A stretch of DNA of 64,000 bases from Pristiophorus japonicus. Lineage: Eukaryota. Shown in pieces: positions 12,425 to 25,430 of this stretch; the stretch's first letter is position 1, and every line of letters begins with the position of its first letter. Made by a program: the position numbers and the translations under genes. The stretch spans positions 175,708,001-175,772,000 of the forward strand of contig NC_091991.1 in the NCBI RefSeq assembly GCF_044704955.1, read 5' to 3'. Below the pieces are notes generated by a model. It saw nothing but the letters and a program-made list of their open reading frames with translations, had not been told where the DNA came from and made no database searches.

Positions 12425-15400
12425 TAGGGCACTGCACACACACACACAGGGCACTGGGACAGAGTACTGCACACACACACACAGGGCACTGGCACAGCAC
12501 TGCACACACACACTGGGACAGAACACTGCACACACACACTGGGCACTGGGACAGAGCACTGCACACACACACTGGGCACTGGGACAGACCACTGCACACA
12601 CAGGGCACTGGCACAGTGCACTGCGCACACACTCGCACAACACTGGCACAGCGCACTGCTCACAGAGGGCACTGGGATAGAGCACTGCACACACATAGGG
12701 CACTGGGACAGGGCACTGGGACAGAGCACTGCACACACACACACGGGGCACTGGGACAGAGCACTGCACACACACACACAGGGCACTGGGACAGAGCACT
12801 GCACACACACTGGGCACTGAGACATAGCACTGCACACACACACTGGGCACTGGGACATAGCACTGCACACACGGCACTGGGACAGAGCACTGCGCACACA
12901 CACACAGGGCACTGGGACATTGCACTGCGCACACACACACTGGGCACTGGGACATTGCACTGCGCGCACTGGGACAGAGCACGGCGCGCACTGGGACAGA
13001 GCACGGCGCGCACTGGGACAGAGCACGGCGCGCACTGGGACAGAGCACGGCGCGCACTGGGACAGAGCACGGCGCGCACACAGGGCACTGGGACAGAGCA
13101 CGGCGCGCACACAGGGCACTGGGACAGAGCACGGCGCGCACACAGGGCACTGGGACAGAGCACGGCGCGCACACAGGGCACTGGGACAGAGCACGGCGCG
13201 CACACAGGGCACTGGGACAGAGCACGGCGCGCACACAGGGCACTGGGACAGAGCACGGCGCGCACACAGGGCACTGGGACAGAGCACGGCGCGCACACAG
13301 GGCACTGGGACAGAGCACGGCGCGCACACAGGGCACTGGGACAGAGCACGGCGCGCACACAGGGCACTGGGACAGAGCACTGCACACACACACAGGGCAC
13401 TGGGCCAGAGCACTGCACACACATACAGGGGCACTGGGACAGAACACTGCGCACACACACACACACAGGGCACTGGGACAGAGCACTGCACACACACGCA
13501 CAGGGCACTGGGACAGAGTTCTGCACACACACACACACGGGGCACTGGGACAGAGCACTGCACACACACAGGGCACTGGGACAGAGCACTGCACACACAC
13601 ACAGGGCACTGGGACAGAGCACTGCACATAGACACACGGCACTGGGGGAGCACTGCACACACGCACACAGGGCACTGCACGCGCACACAGGGCACTGGGA
13701 CAGAGCACTGCGTGCACACACGGGGCACTGGGACAGAGACTGCACACACACACACGCAGGTCACTGGGAGAGAGCAGTGAACACACACACACACACAGGG
13801 CAGTGGGACAGAGCACTGCACACACCTGGGGCACTGGGACAGAGAACTGCACACACCCGGGGCACTGGGGCAGAGCACTTGCGCGCACACACACACGGGG
13901 CACTGGGAGAGAGCACTGCACACACAGGCCACTGGGAGAAAGCACTGCACATACACACAGGGCACTGGGGGAGCACTGCAGACACACACAGGACACTGGG
14001 GCGGAGCACTGCACACACACAGGGCACTGGGACAGAGCACTGCGCACACACACACACAGGGCACTGGCACAGTGCACTGCACACACACGCACACAGGGCA
14101 CTGGCACAGCGCACTGCTCACGAACACAGGGCACTAGGACAGAGCACTGCACATACACAGGGCAGTGGGACAGAGCACTGCACACGTACACAGGGCACTG
14201 GGGCAGAGCACTTCATATATACACAACGCACTGGGACAGAGCTCTGTACACACATAGGGCACTGGGAGAGAGCACTGAACACACAGGGCACTGGGAGAGA
14301 GCACTTCATACATACACAACGCACTGGGACAGAGCTCTGCACACACCCAGGGCACTGGGACAGAGCACTGCACACACCCAGGGCACTGGGGGAGCACTGC
14401 AGACACACACACAGGGCACTGGGACACAACACTGCGTACAGACAGGGCAATGGGGGAGCACTGCACACACACGGGGCACTGGAACAGAGCACTACACACA
14501 CACGGCACGGGGGGAAACTGTACACAAACAGGGCACTGGGGGAGCACTGCACACGCAGGGCACTGGGACAGAGCACTGCACACACACAGGGCACTGGGAC
14601 AGAGCACTGCACACACACAGGGCACTGGGACAGAGCACTGCACACACACAGGGCACTGGGACAGAGCACTGCACACACACAGGGCACTGGGACAGAGCAC
14701 TGCACACACACAGGGCACTGGGACAGAGCACTGCACACACACATAGGGCACTGGGACAGAGCACTGCACACACACACACAGGGCACTGGCACAGTGCACT
14801 TAACACACAGGGCACTGGCACAGTGCACTGCACACACACACACACAGGGCACTGGCACAGCGCACTGCCCACGAACACAGGGCACTAGGACAGAGCACTG
14901 CACATACACACAGGGCAGTGGGACAGAGCACTGCACACGTACACAGGGCACTGGGGCAGAGCACTTCATATATACACAACGCACTGGGACAGAGCTCTGT
15001 ACACACATAGGGCACTGGGAGAGAGCACTGAACACACAGGGCACTGGGAGAGAGCACTTCATACATACACAACGCACTGGGACAGAGCTCTGCACACACC
15101 CAGGGCACTGGGACAGAGCACTGCACACACCCAGGGCACTGGGGGAGCACTGCAGACACAAACGCAGGGCACTGGGACACAACACTGCGTACAGACAGGG
15201 CAATGGGGGAGCACTGCACACACACGGGGCACTGGAACAGAGCACTACACACACACACACACACACAGGACACTGGGACAGAGCACTGCACACACATGGC
15301 ACGGGGGGAAACTGTACACAAACAGGGCACTGGGGGAGCACAGCACACACAGGGCACTGGGACAGAGCACTGCACACACACATAGGGCACTGGGACAGAG

Positions 15401-15435
15401 CACTGCGCACACACACACAGGGCACTGAGGGAGCA
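12425..15435. repeat. About 3 kb minisatellite, ~30-bp unit cagggcactgggacagagcactgca(ca)n
   Basis: Visible tandem array with a variable CA spacer; accounts for the long Cys/Val- and His/Thr-rich ORFs. Confidence 0.95.
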
Positions 15436-16309
15436 CTATTGGTTAATACAAGAGGTTAATGCTGATTTCAAGTTAAGCGGGACTGAGAGGCCAAAGGGAC
15501 ATCTGCACAAACTGGTACAAAGACACGTTCAGGGCTGACCTGAGGATGCACGCCTTCACACGGAGAGGATTATCCTGCGAAGGGGTAATGGGGGCAGTAC
15601 ATCCACAATGTCTCAATGGGGGGGGGGGTTCTGTGGGGGGGGGGGTTCTGTGGAAGCTACTTTTGTGAGTTGACAATAGGTGACTAAATGCTTGGTCAAG
15701 GAGGCGGGTTTTCAGGAGCGCCTTAGCAGCAGAGTGATTGAGCGGGAATTCCAGAGCTTGGGGCCAGTGGTGGGGTGAAGTAAGTCAGGGATGCACAAGA
15801 GGCCCTGGTTGGAAGAGAGCAGAGATCTCGGAGGCTGGTGGGGCTGGAGGAGGTCGCAGAGACAGTGATGGGAGTGCGAGGCCATGGAGGGGTTTGAATA
15901 GGAGGATGAGAATTTTTAAATCCAAGGTGTTGCTGGACCGGGAAGTTGAAGTCGGTCAGCGAGCACAGGGGGTGATGCAATCGAGCTGGAAATCGAACAG
16001 AAGTTACCCCAATCCACAGCAATGTAATCATTCCACATGCACATACAGACACAGGCACATCTACACCCCGTCATAGCAGAGCCAGCGCCCCGAGCAGCGG
16101 GCTCCAGGGCAACGGACCATGCGGGCACTGCCTCGCCAAAGTTGGACGTCAAAGGCAGACATGTGCTGCGTGTCTTTGGTACCCAGCTTCTCGTGACGTA
16201 CTGACAGGACACGATCTCACAGACCCGTGCCTCGACTCCCAGTTTTTGCCTTGCTATGTTCTGATCGAAGTCCGCCGATACAACTAGATTCTCAGCACCG
16301 CTGGATACC

Positions 16310-16962
16310 TCTGTTCCCTAGACACCGACTCCATCCCCCTCCCCAATTCCTGTCGGAGGCTGTCCGCAACCTTGGTGTCATATCAGACCCTGAAACGAGC
16401 CTTTGACCACATATCTGCAGCATAACTAAGACCGTCTATTTCCACCTCTGTAACATCGCCTGTCTCCGCCCTTGCCTCAGCTCATCCGCTGCTGAAGCCC
16501 TCATCCATGCTTTTGTTACCTCTAGACCTGACTATTCCAATGCACTCCTGGCTGGCCTCCCACATTCTATCCTACGTAAACTTGAGGTCATCCAAAACTC
16601 GGCTGCCCGTGTTCTAACTCGAATCAAGTCCCGCTCACCCATCACCCCCTGTGCTCACTGACCTACATTGGCTCCCGGTTAAGCTACGCCTCAATTTCAA
16701 AATTCTCATCCTTGTTTTCAAATCCCTCCATGGCCCCTCGTCCCTCCCTATCTCTGTAATCTCCTCCAGCCCCACAACCCCCCCCCCCCCCCCCCCCCGA
16801 GATGTCTTCGCTCCTCTAATTCTGCCCGCTTGAGCATCCCTGATTATAATCGTTCAAACCATTGGTGGCCGTGCCTTCTGTTGCCTGGGCCCCAAGCTCT
16901 GGAACTCCAGCCCTAAACCTCTCCGCCTCTCTACCCTCCTTCAAGACGCTCCTTAAAACCCT
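16310..16962 (+). mobile_element. L2-clade LINE 3' fragment
   Basis: ctcatccatgcttttgttacctctagacctgactattccaat...LHWLPVKLRLNFKIL. Confidence 0.85.
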
Positions 16963-17234
16963 ACAGCCAGTGTCAGCTGCAGCTCAATGGATACCTCCGA
17001 CGGTGCAGCGCTCCCGCAGCACTGCACTGGAGTGTCAGCCTAGATTTTATGCTCAAGTCCCTGGAGTGGGACTTGAACCCACGACTTTCTGACTCAGAGC
17101 ATGAGAGTGCTGCCCACTGAGCCACAGGCTGACACTAGCAATTGGAGGTGTTAAATTAAGAGTCGCACACAATATTGAACTGCATTGACACAGGAGAAAT
17201 ATTTCTTAAATCATCTTGCTATTAATACACAAAT

Positions 17235-17812
17235 CATTATCATAGGCAGTCCCTCGAAATCGAGGAAGACTTACTTCCACTCTAAAAGTGAGTTCTCAGG
17301 TGACTGAACAGTCCAATACGGGAATTACAGTCTCTGTCACAGATGGGACAGACAGTGGTTGAGGGAAAGGGTGGGTGGGACAGGTTTGCCGCACGCTCCT
17401 TCCGCTGCCTGCACTTGTTTTCTGCATGCTCTCAGCGACGAGACTCGAGGTGCTCAGTGCCCTCCCGGATGCTCTTCCTGCACTTAGGGCGGTCTTGGGT
17501 CTGGGATTCCCAGGTGCCGGTGGGGATGTTGCACTTTATCAAGGAGGCTTTGAGGGTGTCCTTGAAACGTTTCCTCTGCCCACCTGGAGCTCGCTTGCCG
17601 TGTAGGAGTTCCGAGTAGAGCGCTTGCTTTGGGAGTCTCGTGTCAGGCATGCGGACAATGTGGCCCGCCCAACGGAGCTGGTCGAGTGTGGTCAGTGCTT
17701 CGATGCTGGCTTGAGCGAGAACACTGACGTTGGTGCGTCTGTCCTCCCAAGGGATTTGCAGGATCTTGCAGAGGCGATGCTGGTGGTATTTCTCCAGCGA
17801 TTTGAGGTGTCT
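17235..17812 (-). mobile_element. RTE-clade LINE 3' fragment
   Basis: LRWAGHIVRMPDTRLPKQALYSEL...GGQRKRFKDTLKASL; same 3' end as 2718-3090. Confidence 0.85.
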
Positions 17813-18617
17813 ACTAAATAACACTCATTTTTTTTTAATATACATGTAAATAAAGTAACGCTATAGCATTCTCCATTCAGCTGTATGTCAGCCGTGGCTC
17901 AGTTGTTAGCTCTCTTGACTATCAGTCAGAAGGTTGTGGGTTCCTACTTGAGCACAAAAATCCTGGCTGACACTCCCAGTGCCGTTCTCCCCGATGTCCT
18001 GGGCCACGATTTATCCCTCTATCAACATCACTAAAACAGATTATCTGGTCATTATCACATTGCTGTTTGTGGGAGTTTGCTGTGCGCAAGTTGGCTGCCG
18101 CGTTTCCCACATTACAACAGTGACTACACTCCAAAAGGTACTTCATTGGCTGTAACGCGCTTTGGGACGTCCGGTGGTCGTTAAAGTGCGTTACAGAAAT
18201 GCACGTCTTTGTTTTCTTTCATAGAATGACACAGACTGTACAGATACAGGCCATTCGGACCAACAGGTCCGTACCGTGTTTATGCTCCACACGAGCCTCC
18301 TCCCACTCCTCCTCATCAACCCAATCACCATATCCTTCTATTCCTTTCTCCCTCACGTGTTTATCCAGCTTCCCTTTAAATGTTTCTCTGCTATTCATGC
18401 GGTAGCAGGTTCCACATTCTCTTAGGTTCCCTCCCCCTTCATCTTGCACGGGGTTTCAGAGGAACAACCACAGGCATTAACAAGCAAACAAATAAAAACA
18501 AACACCAGGGCTGAATTATGACCCTGAACCATCCTGCAAGGTCCGTACACGAGAGACATGGACACACAAGTAACCACTAACTTCTTACCGGTAATAAGAT
18601 GCAGCCACATGTCAACA

Positions 18618-18800
18618 GGTGTGTGTGTGTGTGTGTGCTCGTGTGTGAGAGAGAGAGAGAGAGAGTGTGTGTGAGTGTGTATGAGTGAGTGTGTGAGTGA
18701 GTGTGCGAGTGAGTATGTGTGCGAGTGAGTGAATATGAGTGTTTGAGTGAGTATGAGTGTATGAATGAGTGTAAGTGTGTGAATCTGAGTGTGTGTGAGT

Positions 18801-18840
<40 letters not shown>
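18618..18840. repeat. (GT)n/(GAGT)n compound microsatellite
   Basis: Directly visible. Confidence 0.9.
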
Positions 18841-18844
<4 letters not shown>

Positions 18845-20424
18845 AGCCACACTTTTAGAGGCCAATCTGTCTTATTAAACAGCTCGCCCGCTTAATAACA
18901 TTTTGAAAAGAGATACACTGAAATCCTGCAGACAGATTCGCGGTACTGTTGCAAACAAGGCACCAAACCACATAATTCATCAACCCACACACCCACCACA
19001 TTCTCCTAAAGTGGCATAGCAGAGCAGTGAGTCACTGTGTTTACAGACTAGCAACTGTATAAAGGCAGCACAGGTCTAACCGAAGACACGGAACATAGAT
19101 ATATATATATACAGCGTGTACGTTACACACATGCACACAGCAGGCTGTGCATTTGCAGTGGACGCGTACATAATACAACACACATGCTTCAACATTTTAC
19201 CGGCTACATGGACAGGACTGAGACCCCTGGTAGAAAGTCCCAGAGCAGAGTGATGAGTCACCATGTTTACTGAGGATTCAGCTCACTCAGATACTGCAAG
19301 TGTGCTGGGCTGGACCACAACTATCCAGCAGCAACAGCAGGGAACAAGGGAATGAAAGTTTACCATACTTTACACACACATAAAGCATGACACACTGCAT
19401 TTTATTAAATCTTTCACCGTTTGGGGCTGTTTCGCTGTGTACTATGGACGCAAACATGGGTCCGACAGATAAAGTATGAATCCGTTAATCTACATATATC
19501 TCAGGTTATTCAATTATCAGCCCTGGGTGAGCTGGGCCCCAGAACTTAGAATCATAGAATGGTTACAGCATGGAAGGCCATTCGGCCCATTGAGTCCGTG
19601 CCAGCTCTCCGCAAGTCCCACTCCCCTTTTTCCCGCAGCCCGGCAAACGTTGTTCCTTCATACACTTATCCCACTCCCTGCTTACAGTGGCTCCCTTACA
19701 GTTCTGGGACGTGATTGGCTCCTGCCAAGTAAGTGACACGCGGACTGCACAGACCAGTCAGAAAGCCAGGACTTACTCTGCATTCAATGGTTCATGAAAA
19801 TAGGTCGGTAACCAGAGGGCACAGATGTAAAATAATTGGCTAAAGAACCAGTGGGGAGATGTGATCTGGAATGCGCTGCCTGAAAGGGAAGTGGAGCTGA
19901 GTCCATGATCGGATCAGCTATGATCGTATTGAATGGCGGAGCAGGCTCGAGGGGCCATATGGCCGACTCCTGCTCCTAATTCTTATGTCCTAATGAAAGG
20001 GCGGTGGGAGCAGATTCAATAGTAACTTTCAAAACGGAATTGGATAAATACTTGAAAAGGAAAAATTTGCAGGGCTGTGGGGAAAGAGCAGGGAGTGGAT
20101 TGCTCCTTCACAGAGCCAGCACAGACACCATGGGCCGAACGGCCTCCTCCTGTGATGAACAACTCAGCCCTGAATCCCCTTCCATTCTAACACTGATGCT
20201 TACATTTATATTTCTCCAATAATTTTCCATCGTAGCGTTCAAAATGAGACTTAGCAAGATTTCAGAATTGTAACGGGAAGGTTAAAACTTAAACGTTCAC
20301 CAAATAATTCCCACTTTGGCCGACTTCAGGAACATCGGAGCAAGAGGAGGCCATTCGGCACCTCGAGCCTGTTCCGCCATTCAATGAGATCGTGGCTGAT
20401 CTGTATCTTAACTCCATCTACCCG

Positions 20425-20762
20425 CCTTGGTTCCACTGATGGGAGAGACTAGAACTAGAAGGCATGATCTTAGAATAGGGGGCCACCCATTTAAAACTGA
20501 GATGAGGAGGAATTTCTCCTCTCAGAGTATTGTAAATCTGTGGAATTCGCTGCCACAGAGAGCTGTGGAAGCTGGGACACTGAATAAATTTAACACAGAA
20601 ATAGACAATTTCTTAAACGATAAGGGGATAAGGGGTTATGTCGAGCGGACGGGGAAGTGGAGCTGAGTCCATGATCAGATCAGCCGCGATCTTATTGAAT
20701 GGCGGAGCAGGCTCGAGGGACCGTATGGCCTACTCCTGCTCCTATTTCTATGTTCTTATGAT
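20425..20762 (+). mobile_element. CR1 LINE 3' fragment
   Basis: ETRTRRHDLRIGGHPFKTEMRRNF...WNSLP; ttctatgttcttatg tail. Confidence 0.85.
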
Positions 20763-21342
20763 CCTCAATACGCTTGCTGAACAAAATATCTATCGATCGC
20801 AGTTTTTACATTTTCAATTGAGCCCCGGCCTCAGCAGCTTTTTGGGGGCGTTCCAGATTCCCCTGCCCTTCATGTGAAGAGGTGCTCCCCAATATCCCCT
20901 CTAGCCCTCTTGTTCGCGACTCTCCCAGCTGAAGAAATAGTTTCTTTCTCTCGTTACCCGATCAACTGCTTTGAGGAAGGAATTGCGAATATAATCCTCC
21001 CCTTAACAAACTGGCACGGCAGATTTATTTAACGCTCAACTTGGTCGCAAACTGGCACAAGTGTTGCCTCCGAGACTCTCTCTCTGTGAATCGGTGCTTT
21101 TGGAGCAGTGAGGGTAGAGGTTTATCGGAGTCAGGCTGAGCAAGACACTTGTCCTAAAACAGAAGAATGCTGCAAATGCTCAGAAGGCCAGTCAGCACAT
21201 GGAACAGAACGGGACAGGTTAACATTTCAGCATCAGCTTCTGATGGGGATTTCCCTCCCTCTGATGCTCATGGGCCTTATCCACATTCCCAGCATTTACT
21301 GCTCAATCCTGATTTCAGGCATCGACGATCCCCAGCGCCCCA

Positions 21343-21531
21343 GCTCTCTACCCCCCCCCCCTCCCCTCCCCTCTCCTCTCCTCTCCTCTCCCCTCCCCTC
21401 CCTCGCTCTCCCTGTCCCCCTCTCTTCCCCCCCCCCCCCAGTCTCTCTCTCTCTCTCTCCCTGTCCCCCTCTCTCTACCTCTCTCCCTGTCCCCCTCTCT
21501 CTCCCTGTCCCCTCTCTCTCCCTGTCCCCCT

Positions 21532-21562
<31 letters not shown>

Positions 21563-22604
21563 CCCTAGTCTCTCTCTCTCTCTCGTCCCCCCATCCCTCT
21601 CCCCCAGTCCCCCCCTCTCTCCCCCAGTCACCCCCTCTCTCTCCCTGCCCCTCTCCCAGTACCCCCCTCTCTCCCCCAGTTCCCTCTCTCTCCCCCCCCC
21701 AGTCCCCCCTCTCCTGTTCCCCCCCAGTCACCCCCTCTCTCTCCCTGCCCCTCTCCCAGTACCCCCTCTCTCCCCCAATCACCCCCTCTCTCTCCCTGCC
21801 CCTCTCCCAGTACCCCCCTCTCTCCCCCAGTCCCTCTCCCAGTACCCCCCTCTCTACCCCTCTCCCCCCCCAAGTCACCCCCTCTCTCTCCCTGCCCCTC
21901 TCCCAGTACCCCTCTCCCCCCAGTCCCCTCTCTCTCTCCCCCCCACCCCGCCCCCTCTCTCCCCCTGCCCCACCCCGCCCCCAGTTCCCCCTCTCTCCCC
22001 CCCTGCCCTTCTCCCAGTTCCCCTCTCTCCCAGTTCCCCTCTCTCTCTCTCTCTCTCCCAGTCCCCCCTCTCTCTCCCAGTTCCCCTCTCTCTCTCTCTC
22101 CCAGTACCCCCTCTCTCTCTCTTCTCTCTCCCAGTCCCCCCCTCTCTCTCTTCTCTCCCCCCCTCTCTCTCTTCTCTCCCCCCTCTCTCTCTTCTCTCCC
22201 CCCTCTCTCTCTCCCCCCTCTCCCTGTTCCCCTAGTCCTCCCCCCCCCTCTCTCTCCCCCTCTCCTTCTCTCCCAGGCCCCCCCCCTCTCCCTCTCCCCT
22301 CTCCCCTCTCTCTCTCATTCCCCCCCTCTCTCTCTCTCTCTGCCCCTGCCCCTCTCCCAGTTCCCCTCTCTGCCCCTCTCCTAGTCCCCCCCTGCCCCTC
22401 TCCCAGTCCCCCCTCTCTCTCCCTGNNNNNNNNNNNNNNNNNNNNNNNNNNNNNNNNNNNNNNNNNNNNNNNNNNNNNNNNNNNNNNNNNNNNNNNNNNN
22501 NNNNNNNNNNNNNNNNNNNNNNNNNNNNNNNNNNNNNNNNNNNNNNNNNNNNNNNNNNNNTTCCCCCCCCCCCGTCTCCCAGTGCCCCCTCTCTCACCCT
22601 GCCC
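21343..22604. repeat. Polypyrimidine (CT-rich) low-complexity tract containing an assembly gap
   Basis: Almost pure C/T on the plus strand with recurring ctctcccagt motifs; N-run at 22426-22560. Confidence 0.95.
22426..22560. other. Assembly gap (135 N)
   Basis: Run of n characters. Confidence 1.
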
Positions 22605-22860
22605 ATGACCGATGGGGCGGCTCCTGTGCCGCGCACTCTGCAACAACTCGGGCAACAATTAAAGAAACAAGCATCACCCCCCCGGAGGCGCGCACCTACC
22701 TGGCGGGCCGAGGGCCGGGGGCGCGCGGTGCGCGCTCACTCACCGAGCCCGGTTCCGGGAGCGCGGAGCTCACCTGCTGTTTGCCCACGTGACTTCATTC
22801 ATGAAAATTCCGCCGACGTCACTGGGACCTTGAAGATGGCGGGAAAAGCAGAATAATCCC
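22600..22860 (-). promoter_or_regulatory. CpG-rich promoter / non-coding first exon, probably of the small Maf gene
   Basis: High CpG density; minus-strand donors CAG|gtaggt (22699), CG|gtgagt (22743) and CAG|gtgagc (~22773); CACGTGAC E-box (~22786), GACGTCA CRE-like (~22815) and AAGATGGCG YY1 motif (~22833). Confidence 0.55.
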
Positions 22861-22939
22861 CAAAACATGAATGGGACAAAATCCTCGGGCTACACTGCAC
22901 AGGATCCACCGTGTGTAATGTCCCGCATATACACTGTAT

Positions 22940-23245
22940 AAAACACTGCATATCAATTATATATAAAATACTGAATATAAATTATATATAAAATACTGCA
23001 TATAAATTATATAAAATAAATTATATAAACTTCAGATAAATTATATATAACAAACTTAATATAAATTATATATACAATATGTACTTTAAATTATATATAA
23101 ATTACTGAATATAAATTATATATATGTATAATACTCTAAATTATATATAAAATACTCTAAATTATATAAAATACTGAATATAAATTATATATAAAATACT
23201 TGCTCTAAATTATATATAAATTGCTGAGTGAGTATAAATTGTGTT
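22940..23245. repeat. AT-rich degenerate minisatellite (tataaattatatataaaatactgaa-like)
   Basis: Repeated ataaattatatataaaatact units, almost entirely A/T. Confidence 0.85.
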
Positions 23246-23521
23246 TTATGTAAAATTTAAAATCATTGTAAAAGAGAATTAAAAAAGATGTTAGAATGGA
23301 CTGCAGAGGATGGTTAGAATGTAGAATTCTCTGTCACAAAGCTTGAAGCAAATTCCATAAATTATTTTAAAAGACAATTACTTCAAAAAAGAGAACTAGT
23401 AAAGGATACAAGGAATGAGCAGGAGAGTGGGATTGGACTCGATAGTCCATGTATAGATAAGCACCAGTGCAGACCTAATGCACCAATCTGCCTCCTTCTG
23501 TGCTGTAACCTTCTATGATTC

Positions 23522-23720
23522 TATCATCATCATAGGCAGTCCCTCGGAATCGAGGAAGACTTGCTTCCACTCCTAAAGTGAGTTCTTTGGTGACTGAACA
23601 GTCCAATACGAGAGCCACAGACTCTGTCACAGGTGGGACAGATAGTCGTTGAGGGAAGGGGTGGGAGGGGCAGGTTTGCCACACGCTCTTTCCGCTGCCT
23701 GCGCTTGATTTCTGCATAAG
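23522..23720 (-). mobile_element. RTE-clade LINE 3' tip
   Basis: CPTCDRVCGSRIGLFSHQRTH and (ATC)n tail. Confidence 0.8.
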
Positions 23721-24149
23721 GCATTTATCATGGTGACTCTGCATGGTTAAATGAATGGAAGTCTAAGACAGCTTTCCTGGCTGCCAGGCTGGACACTGGA
23801 TTCAGCTGGACCTGAAATCGGAATTCAGCATGAGTTTAATCATCCCCCCGAAAGGTGTGATTACACCCATAGGGACATAGGTACAAGAAGATAGGTTGTA
23901 CAGAGAGACATGTATAAACGGAGACATGATGCAGAAAGACATGATTGTCATACAGACTCATCTGCTTCACTAATGTCCTTTGAAAGAAAACCTGCCGTCC
24001 TTACCCGGTCTGGCCTATATGTGTCTCCAGTGCCACACCAACGTGCTTGACTCTTAAACGCCCTTGAACCCACAACCTTCTGCCTCAGAGGCGGTAGTGC
24101 TACCACGGGGGTGAGGGGGTGGAGATTTATTTCCAGACTGAATGACTAC

Positions 24150-25430
24150 CTACACTCCCAGCGCAGTGCTGAGACAGCTCGGCACTGTCGGAGGTGCCGT
24201 CTTTCGATGAAGCGTTAAACCGAGGCCCCGTCTGCTCTCTCAGGTGGACGTAAAAGATCCCACGGCACTATTTCGAGGAAGAGCAGGGGAGGGTTATCCC
24301 CAGTGTCCTGGCCAAAATTCATCCCTCAACTAACATCACAAAAAAAGAAAGAAAAAAGAAACACTTACATTTATAAAGTGCCTTTCACAACCACCGGACG
24401 TCGCAAAGCGCGTTTACAGCCAATGAGTGCAGTCACTGTTGTAATGTGGGAAACACGGCAGCCAATTTGCGCACAGCAAGCTCCCACCAACAGCAACGTG
24501 ATAATGACCAGATAATCTGTTTTTGTTATGCTGATTGAGGGATAAATATTTAAACTGAAAATCAGGAGGAAAAGAGTTCCTTCAGGGAAATTAGAGAAAG
24601 CTGTGTTTTCCCTCAGTGATTTTTCCAGACCGGAATAATTGGTGCCAGCTATTTTTGAGCATTGGTATGACATCACATAGCAACAGTAACTAAGTGCATA
24701 GCTCTAGTTTTGAGTGTCAGCTCAGACAGTCACACTGACCCAGCCTGTGATTTACCCTTTCCGCCATTGGGAATTTCTATTGTGCTGACCCCATGAATCA
24801 TTCTGCTGATCGGCAAAAGAACAAGAGTCCAGTTGAACCGATGAGAGTTTAATGCAAAAAGAAAACAAAGACTTGCATTTCTGTAGCGCCTATCACAACC
24901 TCAGGACGTCCCAAAGCGCTTTACAGCCAGTTAAGTCGTTTCGGAAGTATAGTCACTGTTGTAATGTTGGAAACAAGACAGCCAAATTAAGCACAGCAAG
25001 CTCCCACAAACAGCAATCTGATAAAGACAAGATCATCAGGGACTTGAGCACATAAATCTAGGCCGACACTCCAGTGCAATACTGAGGGAGTGCTGCACTG
25101 TCGGAGGTGCCGTCTTTTAGATGAGACGTTAAACCGAGGCCCTGTCTGTTCTCTCAGGTGGATGTTAAAGATCCCATGGCATTATTTCGACGAGGAGCCA
25201 GGGAGTTATCCCCGGTCTCCTGCCCAGTATTTATCCCTCAATCAACATAACAAAAACAGATGATCTGATCATTATCACATTGCTGTTTGTGGGAGCTTGC
25301 TGTGCGCAAATTGGCTGCTGCGTTTCCCACATTACAACAGTGACTTCACGTCAAAAAGTACTTCACTGGCTGTAAAGTGTTTTGGGACGTCCTGAAGTTG
25401 TGACAGTTGCTATAGAAATGCAAGTCTTAC
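24150..25430. mobile_element. Cluster of four partial DeuSINE copies in both orientations
   Basis: Plus strand 24150-24345 and 25038-25430; minus strand 24360-24552 and 24865-25030. Confidence 0.75.

Noticed and set aside
12197-15459. Very long ORFs (up to 1012 aa) rich in Cys/Val or His/Thr/Gly
   Set aside because: Open on both strands only because the minisatellite lacks stop codons; no domain or splice evidence.
21348-22658. Gly/Glu/Arg-rich ORF across the gap
   Set aside because: Low-complexity purine strand plus Ns.
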